From: the human T2T-CHM13v2.0 reference genome, Homo sapiens
DNA length: 64,000 nt
Assembly (NCBI RefSeq): GCF_009914755.1
Contig: NC_060937.1
Direction: 5' to 3' (one strand)
In this document: piece after piece, positions 54,201-64,000 of the stretch
Layout: the number at the start of each line of letters is the position of its first letter
Numbering within the stretch: the stretch's first letter is position 1
Program-made: the position numbers and the translations under genes
Notes under the pieces: generated by a model
What the model saw: the letters and a program-made list of their open reading frames with translations, nothing else
Databases searched by the model: none
What the model was told of the DNA's origin: nothing

Positions 54201-57200
54201 TATAGTTATAAGTAATTTGTATTAGATATTTCAAATATTTAAAGTTATATAATTTTTTCATATAACTCTTCATATTCAGGGAGAATTTTAATGTTTTTGT
54301 CTATTTTTAATATACCAACTGCCCACATCATTCAAAAAATATATTTTGAGAACTATTTTGAGAATTATATTTGAGAATTATTTTCAAAAAGTATATTTTG
54401 AGAATTATTTTGTTTTAATCAGGAACATTTCCAAGTATGTCTATAGAAGTCAAACTTTAAAGTTTTTAATGATAGAAGTAATACGTTTTCAGTATTTAGT
54501 TTTGTGTTTTTTACTTTTACAACTCACAAATAGAGAAGAATTTTTAAAAGTACTGCAGGATTTGTTTATTTAAACTTTAGTAGATTAATTGCAAGTTTTA
54601 GTTATATTGTGAAAATCTCTCCACTAAATTTATACTATTACTACTAAAATGTTAGTCATAGTACAGGGGAGGATATATATTCCTAATAGAAAATTATTGT
54701 CATCATTTAGGATAAATATTTTAAACTTCTCTCCTATCCTAAATATTAGATTACAGAACTATTTCTCTGCCTATTCACTAAAAGCATACTAGATTTTTCA
54801 TCATTTGAAACACGTGTGATTTATTTTCCAAGTTAAAAAGACATACATTTCATAAATACAAATGACATACATTTAATAAAATACTAATTTAAAAAAAGAT
54901 TAAAAATAAACAATTATCTAATTCCTATTGCTAAAGTGATATACATTAAACTCAATTACAGCTAGTAGGCACAACTTGTAAGAAATTGCACAAACATGGC
55001 CCTAGAGAAGGTCAGGCCAAGAAAACCAAGGAGATAACAAAATAAATACATTTAGTTTGGTATATTGTCTTTTTCCAATAGGGAATTGCCTCCACTTACA
55101 TTTGTTCATTCCTTAAGCCCCTACTAACCCTCAGACATTTTTGGAAAGAGTTGATGATCAGCATATCTTTGCCATATTTGACCTTGGTCAACCTTCATTT
55201 TAGTTCTGTAAACTCTATCTCTTGCTGGCCAAATCCATGTTCTGTTACAACATCTGTCTTTGGCATGTGATAAAATATAGGTCTTCCTGACTTATTTTCC
55301 TCATCAAAATGTATCTTCTTTTTGAGGTTTTATTTCTTGTGTATTTGTGTGTGTGTGTGTGCATGTGTGTATGTTTGTGATGTGCTTGTGCTGCCTAGCT
55401 TGCCAAGAGAGAAATCATTCAACATAAATCATTAACTGGAAATATTTTTAATATTATGTAGAAGACATTAACATAAAATGTTTTTGAGGAATAATTGGAC
55501 TAAGAATATCTTCTCTGAAATAGATCTAAATATGAGTTTGTTATACTGATTCTCACAAAAATGAAGTAAAAGAAAAAAAACAAAATAAGAGGTAATATTA
55601 AATAACTCTTCTGTGTAAAGGGAAGGAGTCCCTGCTCTATGACATTATTTCCTTAACCCAAAGACAGGAAGAAATTTTGAGTCTCCATCCCACAATATGT
55701 GGATGCCATCCCACAGACTACCACTTTCACTGGCATAAAGGATTGTAATTGTGTCTGACAGCAGAGTTAGGGTACTGCTCTACTCATTCACTCAGATAAA
55801 ATCACTAGTGCATGGCTCTCCAGCTCCTTTAACATTTTAATTCCTTCCATGCAAGATACATGATCAATGCCAGGAGAAAGATAAGCAAATATTAAAAACC
55901 TAAATGTACATTTATCAGCCAATACTTTGAAAGAAGATCATTTTCGACCATTGTTAAAACACTAGACCCTATCCTCTGATTGATATTTTAAAACATATTG
56001 AAATCAATCACCATCAGAAATTTCAGCTTTTCAAATTGGTTCTATTTTTTGGCCTAATTAAAGGATGAGAGGCTACTAACTCCATTTTTAATAGGGTCAG
56101 ATTAATTGGCAAATACTGTATTTACAGGTTTGGGCTATATTTAGCCTTATAAAATATAAAGCAAATAATTCTAATGTGTAATTTCAGCAGAATAATTTAT
56201 TTTTGTAATTTCTTTTATAGAAAAATAAATTTTATAAATTATATTTCAAAATATTGTAAAATATTTTCCCCATATATTCCACTGATTTATTCTTGTACCC
56301 CAACTTTTTTGTTGAGGCATTAGGAAGTGTGAATACTATAATCTAATGTAGCTTGCAGACTAATAGGATAACTTTAAATTATTAAACTAGATACAATAAG
56401 TTAATATGGAGGTGTGTATATGTTAACATATGTAATACGTAATAGACTAAATTGGTGTTCAGGTGAATAAATTGAGAACAAATCTTGGAATCATGGAGAA
56501 TGGATAGTTCAGAAAGAAAGATCACACGTTTTCTGCAAGTAGAAACAGTATACTCATTCCTTCATGGGATATTTCTTAGTTTATGTCTTAATTTTCTACA
56601 GCAGTTAAAACAAAAATATCTAAGTTTAAACATTGTCCCCATTAAATGTTTAGTTTGTCTAGCTCTGCTTTATCTTAATCATAATGCCTTACCTTCATAT
56701 GCTGCAATGACATACTACTAGTGACAGAGAATTTTAATATAGTATAGAAAGATTAATATTGCATTTCATCTGACACTTTTTATTGCAGTTGAAATAGTTG
56801 GATATTTTTAAAATTATTTATTTTATGATACAGAATGTTTGGAGAAAAAGTTTTCAGGAAAATCAATCATAAATATTCAGACATTTGGCTTATTATTTTT
56901 CTGAGTAAAAACTACAGTTAATCTTTCCCTCTTTTGGCCTCACCTGATCCTATTTTTACAGTCATTTCAGCAGGGTTTATGTAAGCTCCAAAGATTATAG
57001 CCGTTGTTTAGTGACTGTTATTGATAGTTTGGGGTATGTCATTTGCACCTGCACTTTATGTGTTTAATATTGCTGAAATCAAAACTACATAAACATGAGT
57101 TATCTTTTTAAAGTGTTCTGTGTGCTCGATTCCTTATGGCAACTTAATACAGTGATGCTTTATGGCACATCAAGCTGCAAATGTTTGTTAACTCTCAATT

Positions 57201-58519
57201 ATTTTATTGAAGTAAGCAGATTTCTGACAACCATCTGTTAAAGAGTATACTTATTTCTGTTAATAAATCCATTTGAAAGAGAAATAGTCATTAAAGCAAG
57301 GAAGTAAGCACAGCCTCTCTGAGAAGTTGGAGCTATATATATGTGACAAATCCTGTGAAATGTTAGTAATAAGGGCATAAAATGAGTGTAAAATTTCTGC
57401 TAAAACAAAAATAGTTGTATTTGTATTTTGCTTATGCAAATGTCATCTTTAAACAAACCAATTATGGATATATCTTTAGAATTGAAAATTTACCTAACTT
57501 GCATTAATTTCAGGAAAGTATAATGAAGCATTAACAACATTTTGGCACTTCATTACACAGGATATTTATCATTTGCACTCCTTATTTTAGCACTGCATTT
57601 TCTTTCTCTAATATCCTCAAACAATAAGAAAATATGATATATTGTACTTCTACATATAATATGGTTATACAATATACATTATAGATATACAATATACATT
57701 AAATATTGTAATATATATTACATATAGATATACAATATACATTAATGCTCGAGTATACTCACTCTAAAACATGTGGCATAGAGTTGCTTGTTGAGAATGA
57801 ACTTGTTCACAAGTTAATATCTACTATTCTAAGTGTGAGCATGTTCAATGTTTTGATATTTAAAATTATTATTTATTTTGTTTTAATGAATTCTTTTATG
57901 TAAGTCTTGGCTTTCCTACTTTGCATTCAAATTAATCTCTTATTGCACCTGGATTTCATTTATTTTGTTGGTGACTGCCTATCTCCAAAGTGACTCCCTT
58001 CTGAGCATGTCAAAGTACATTTTGTATAATGTCTATATTCTGTGTTTAAAGTTAGATCATCTCAATCATACCTTCCAGATTTGATGAAAAATCTATCTAG
58101 GCATTTTCTTCTCATACATTAACAAATAGAAACAATTAGTTGCAGGTTTCTTTTCATAAACAGTTTAGGACATCTAGAATATGATACATTTCTGTTCAGG
58201 GAAACATATAGACGATGAAATAAAAATGGCTTTTTTATGGTTAAGAAGAATTTAACAGGATGGCCACACATCCTAATTAAAACATGTGCCTAATTCCCCT
58301 GACATAGATGTTTCCTTAATTTAATCAAATTTCTACTAGGACCATATCAGAAGGATGGGAGAAGCACCCCTTGATTATTTGAATAAGATAAGGCTGCCCA
58401 TAAACCACCATGAACTAATAATATACCTTTCATTAAAAGACAAGTACTTGTGCTGAGAAGGGTCAAAAGGAGTATCAGCAAAAATAAGTTGATTGTTCTA
58501 TAATAGCATCTTCAAGAAA

Positions 58520-59240
58520 CACAAGAGTTCACACAATAATCCAGGAGTCTCACTACTGGGAATACATCCAAAGAAAATAAAATCAGTATGTCAAAGAAAT
58601 ATCTACACTCGCCTTTTCACTGAAGCATTATTCTACAGTCTGCCGTTCACTGCAGCATTATTCACAACAGCCATGATAGGGAAACAAAGTGCCCAAGAAA
58701 AGAACAATGAATGAATAAAATGTAGTTTATATATACAATGGAATACTGTTGACCCTTACAAAGAAGAAAATTCTGTCTTCTTTGCAACAACAGGGATGAA
58801 CCTAGAAAATATTTATGTTAAATGAAATAAGCCAGGCATAGAAAGAAAAATCCTGTATGATCTCACCTATATGTGAAATGTAAAAAAGTTGAATATCAAA
58901 GAAACAGAGAGTAATATGGTGGTTAACCTAATGCTGGGGGTAGAGGGACTGGGTAGACATTTGTCAAATGACACAAAATATCAGTTAGTCAAGAAAGGTT
59001 CAAGATATCGATTGCATATCTTGGTGACTACAGTTAATAACAATATATTATATATTTGAAAATTGCTAAGAGAGTAGATTTTAAGTACTTTTACTGTATA
59101 AAATAACTATGTGAGATAATAAATATGTTAAGGAGTTTGATTCAGCCATTACACAATGTATACATATATCAAAATATCATATTATCTACACCATAAATAT
59201 ACACAATGTTTATTTTCATTTTTCAATCTAAAAAAAAAAG
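58520..59240 (+). mobile_element. L1MA 3' end
   Basis: cactactgggaatacatccaaagaaaataaaatcagtatgtcaaaga...ttgaaaattgctaagagagtagattttaag...A tail. Confidence 0.85.
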
Positions 59241-61089
59241 ACACTAGGGGTCAGGGTACCAATCAAGAAAGAAGATTATAGCAGAGCTTAATCTCTGCTT
59301 TCATTTGGGTTATGCAGCTCTGCAGTGTAAGAGCCAGTCACAGTGGGACAGTTGGATGATAATACAAGGATATATCACATTAAAATTTCTCTCAAAGTAG
59401 ATAAGAGCTGTTTTGGAAAGGTTTTAATAGAAAACCATCAAAAATATAAATAGACTTTTTTAATGTAAATGCCTTAATCTTTCACCACATGGTGAGAGAA
59501 AAGAGGTTTCAGAATTTTCCTTTCTGCAAGTATTAGCTCCTTTGATACTCCAGTGGAAAGGGATAAGTTTATTTAGTGTCCCCAGATATATTAGAATATC
59601 TATGTTACCCAAGTTGTATATATCAAGTGGCAAAGTGTGTCTGTATCACTTTTGGCCACCTACACTCTGGTTTTTAAGGGACTATAATTAACTTTATGTT
59701 CCAGAGTATTCGTGAATAATCAAAATATTTTAATATTATATCACAGTAAATGGACAAAATATAGGTGATACAGAGATATTACACTTTAGGGAATCTGCAC
59801 TTCAGGAAGTGTAGCCATAGAAAGAATATCAGGTGTAGCTCTTAGACACAGCAATTATTCAATCTGAAAGCAAAGAATATTTATGATACATTGAGTAGTA
59901 TCAGTTGGGGCATAGATATTATTATTCTTTATAGTCTTAGTTTTTATAGGAAAAAATTAAAAACCACCAACAAAACCAGAAAAGTCATGAGAAATCTTTA
60001 AACATTCCTTCAGCACAAAGTAGCAGATTAAATAGAGAAATATTGAGTAGTAAATGTTTTATATGCCTATAAATCCTTCCTTTGGTAAGAGGGATTATTC
60101 CTCAATGCATTTGTTATTAGTGAGGCTTGTTCATCACAGAACCCACCACCACTGGCCACTATAATAAATGATATAAGTAAAAAAAATCCTCCCTATTACT
60201 TAAATTGATAGTTGAAAGTTGATTTGTTCAAGTCATGTATCTAATGATTGAGGTATTGGTTGATTATAAGTTTGTTTGGTGGTAATATTGATCCTGTAAT
60301 ACCTAGCTAAATATAGCAAATTCTTTTTGACCCACTATTAAAAAGCTGTACTTTCACCTGTGGTATGTTGGGCCTCAGACTATTTTTGGCTGATGCTAAA
60401 ATTTAAATGAATTAATAGAAATATCATCAGAATGTCAGAATAAGTTAGATACTTTTTGTCGTTGTTCGTGATAGAATGTTTAAAAGCCAGAAATGATGAA
60501 CACAGAATGTATTGCCCTAAGTCAAGGGTAATTCAAGATGGACAACTGTTAGTTAATCGTATGTCTTGCTGACTTACAAAATCTATTTTTTATCATAAAG
60601 TTACCTTGACTGATGACTATGGATAAAACTATGGAAGATACTACTGTGATATGAGAAAACCCAGAAACTTGTGGAGATTTGGATCTTTTAAGCCCTTCAA
60701 AAGGACATGCTGATGTTCATTTTCCACATGATAGACTTAATTATTTACATTGAATATCTCAGTTAGCTGTGAATATGGGGTTTGAGGTAGGGTATGGCAA
60801 CTCCAGCTATTTCTATTATATTGGTTCAGGACAAACTCTAAAACGAGAGCTAAGATATATGGCTTTTGAAAAAAAAAAAACAACACTAAAGCCTTGTTCT
60901 AAATACAATGTAAATTTGAAAAGCAGAGATTAGTTTCCTGCACCACAATTTGAAAAGTGTTTATAGTGATCCAAAACGATCCTAGGATCCAAAAGGATTG
61001 ATAGCTTTCGAGGTTTTAAGTGAGTATATTACAAATGATATTCCAGCCTGATAAACAGTAACCTGGAATTCTGTTTGGGGGAAATATGG

Positions 61090-62265
61090 ATTTTGTATAT
61101 GTCAACTGACTCTCCCACTGAATACAACTATAGAACCTGGACAGAATATATGCAGCAACAATATAAGGACTAAGAAAAGTAAACAGCAGTAGGTGGTTCA
61201 GCAATTAACATGAAAATCCAATGTACTACCACACTGGCAGTGAGTTTACCATGTTTTCCCTCCAGTATCTCTCACCCTGACGGTAACACAGTCAGCAACC
61301 TAGAAATGTGCACAATGACACAGTTATTTTCCTCTAATTCTGATTTAAGCAGACAAAAAAGTAAATCTTAATATTTGGTTTGCAGAAATTCATTTATTTT
61401 TCTTTACTCCAATTTATCCATTCTCTCCTACCCATCTCCCCAGCAATCTCACAGAGGTAGTAGCAGCCATATAAGAGGCCAGTAGGAATCAACTCAGAGA
61501 GGGAAAAGCTTTCTCTCAGAGATGTGATTCCGTGAATGTGGGAGTGACACTAACTGCTTTGTTTCCTTTTACTTTTCCCTCCAATTTTTGGACATGAATG
61601 TTGTACCAAAAATGAAGGGACATGGAAGAGTGTCCAAAAACTCAAGTTTATACTCAGGTGGCCAGAAAGGGGATCTACTGGGGACAGCAAAATCTGGAAG
61701 GGATGATGAAGATGGAAGAACTCCTGAAAGCAATCCAATAAAATTATTTTTATGAACCTCAAGGTTTAACCCTGAGCTGCATGTATATATATTAGATCTT
61801 AACAGGGACCAAATATTTTGAGAACTGTTAATTAATAGGTCACAATCTACTGGGTGACACAAAAAGATAATAAAAAGAAAGAACTGTACAATGTTTTTGT
61901 AAACTGAACTGGTACTGGAACCATATAGCCATAGAAGGCAGGTGGGATCTTGAAACCCAAAAGTAAACAGATCAGTATTCTGCAAAAATAAAATTAACAA
62001 CATTATGTATAGACTTTAAACTGGACTCAGAGTCTTATAATGTAATAAACGAAATGTTGAGAGTATACAAATTTGCTCATTATATGAAGAACCAGGAAAA
62101 TATCAACTCACATAGGAAAAATAAATAGGCTACAAACACCAAGATGACACAGATGCTATAAATATCTAATATTTTAAACCATTTTTTTAAATGCTTAAAT
62201 GAGCAAAACAAATTATCTTGAATCAAACGTTACAATAGAAGATATAAAGAAAAATCAGATGTTCA
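61090..62265 (+). mobile_element. Ancient L1M 5' region
   Basis: tgactctcccactgaatacaactatagaacctggacagaatatatgcagcaac; ORF1-like caccaagatgacacagatg. Confidence 0.5.
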
Positions 62266-62495
62266 AAGGGTCGAAAATTTTAGTTAGACTGGAAGAGTAA
62301 TTTCAAGAAATCTATTGCACAACATGGTGACTAGAGTTAATAACAATGTATTGTATACTTGAAAATTGCTGAAAGAGTAGATTTTAAGTGTTCTCATAAT
62401 AAAAAAAGTAAGTATGTGAGGTAATGTATGCATTAAATAGTTTGATTTAGTTATTCCACAATGTATAGGTATTTCAAACATTATGTTGAACATCA
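62265..62495 (+). mobile_element. L1MA 3' fragment followed by a TA/TG tract
   Basis: tctattgcacaacatggtgactagagttaataacaatgtattgtatacttgaaaattgctgaaagagtagatttt. Confidence 0.8.
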
Positions 62496-62984
62496 TATAT
62501 ATGTGTGTGTATGTACAACATATATATGTATTTCTACATATATTTATATAAACCATGTGTGTGTGTATGTATGTGTGTATAAACACCTAAAGTTTCCAGG
62601 TGACACAAAAGTGTAATGAAGCTAAGAATTCAGCTTTTAATAGTTCATAACTTGACTTTCACAGATACTCGATTTAAGAAGAAAGGGCCCAGCAATTTGC
62701 AAAACCTGTATTTTCTGTTTTACTCAATTAGAAAAACCATGAGAATTCTTCCTTGAACCTAAAAATTTTGTTCTTTAAATGCACAAAATATAAGCAGACA
62801 TAAACACTGGCATCAAAAAATTTAAAAAAGATGAAAATTTTAAAAACTGAAAAGCTCTAAATTTAAAATTAAATATAGATCAATAGAGATTGATCAAATT
62901 GAAAAACTGAGAGAAAATAATGTGAAAGGCAAAGAAATATACATATATTTATAAGTAAATATACATATATACATAAGTTGAATT

Positions 62985-63925
62985 TCATTGAAATTATAAA
63001 TTTTTGTGTGTCAAGGAATACTACCAAGAGAGTAAAAAGGCAATTCAAATATTAAAAGGAAATATTTGCAAGTCATAATATAATAAGAGTCCATTATACA
63101 GAATTATAGTCCATTATACAGAATTAAGAATTCTTACAGCTAAACAACAAAAAAACTATCCAATTTTTTTTGAAAAAGGCAAAGTGCTTAAATAGTTGTT
63201 TCTTCTGCAGATAATCAATAAAAATATGAAAAGATATCAATGTTAATAGCCATTAGTGAAATCTAAATCAAAACCACAATAAAGACATCACTTAATGCCC
63301 ACTTGGAAGGCTATCATTGTTAAAAAGAAAAAAAAAATTTTGAGACAGAGTCTCACTGTTGCCCAGGCTAGAGTGCAATGGCATGATCATGGCTCACTGA
63401 TGCTTCAACCTCCAGAGCCCAAGTGATCCTCCTATCTCAGCCTCCTACATAGCTAGGAACACAGGCATGCACCACCATGCCCAGCTAATTTTTAAAATTT
63501 TTTAGAGATGGAGTCTCCCTGTGTTGCCCAGTCTGGTCTCAGACTCCTAGGCTCAAGTGATCCTCTCACCTTGGCCTCCCAAATTTCTGGGATTACAGGC
63601 ATGAGCCACTGTGCCTGGCAAAAAAGAATAAAAAAAAAGAAAATATTTATGAAGATATATAGAGAAATTGAACCATTATACATTACAGGTGGAAATGTGA
63701 AATGATGCATTTATTCTGGAAGCAGTTTGGCAACTCCTCAATAAACTAAACATAAAATTATTATATGAGCCAGCATTCGTACTACTAGATATATATTCAA
63801 AATAATTGAAAGCAGGGGAAAAAATTAAAACTGGTGCATGCATATTGACAACTATTTATTATAGTTAAAAGGTTAAAATATTCATGAATGAGTAAACGAA
63901 TTGTGATATAGTGCAATGCAACCTA
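62985..63925 (+). mobile_element. L1MB/MC ORF2 3' fragment interrupted by AluJ
   Basis: aaatatttgcaagtcata...aaatcaaaaccacaat...ggaagcagtttggcaactcctca. Confidence 0.7.
63338..63618 (-). mobile_element. AluJo-like
   Basis: gcatgatcatggctcact...caagtgatcctcc in both arms; tttttagagatggagtctccctgtgttgccca. Confidence 0.9.
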
Positions 63926-64000
63926 GAAAGTAGAATCTTTTTAACAAATCATGTTGGCAATTGGGTCATTCATATGTAAAAACAAAACAAAATGAACAAA

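Overview
This is 64 kb of AT-rich, CpG-poor catarrhine primate (human-like) genomic DNA, identified by its AluY, AluS, L1PA7-like, THE1C and LTR12 content. I found no credible host protein-coding exon, RNA gene or CRISPR-like array. Every ORF I could recognise derives from a transposable element (L1 ORF1/ORF2 remnants, THE1-int, Alu, LTRs), and the rest look like chance ORFs. The window is a layered fossil record of L2/MIR, L1M, DNA transposons (MER6A, MER47A, MER1B, Tigger3), MaLR/ERVL/ERV1 LTRs and 9 Alus. The most notable structures are: (1) a nested L1PA16 > L1PA7 > {LTR12 solo LTR, AluSc} complex at 40.5-47.7 kb with readable TSDs; (2) a full-length THE1C provirus with a perfect 5-bp TSD and an AluSp inside; (3) a templated-insertion/hairpin repair scar at 50.96-51.06 kb; (4) a perfect 18-bp inverted repeat at 6.1 kb; (5) a marked plus-strand bias of L1 fragments. 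I did not find a previously undescribed biological system. Subfamily names come from recalled consensus sequences, not from a RepeatMasker/Dfam run, and the boundaries of old elements are approximate.
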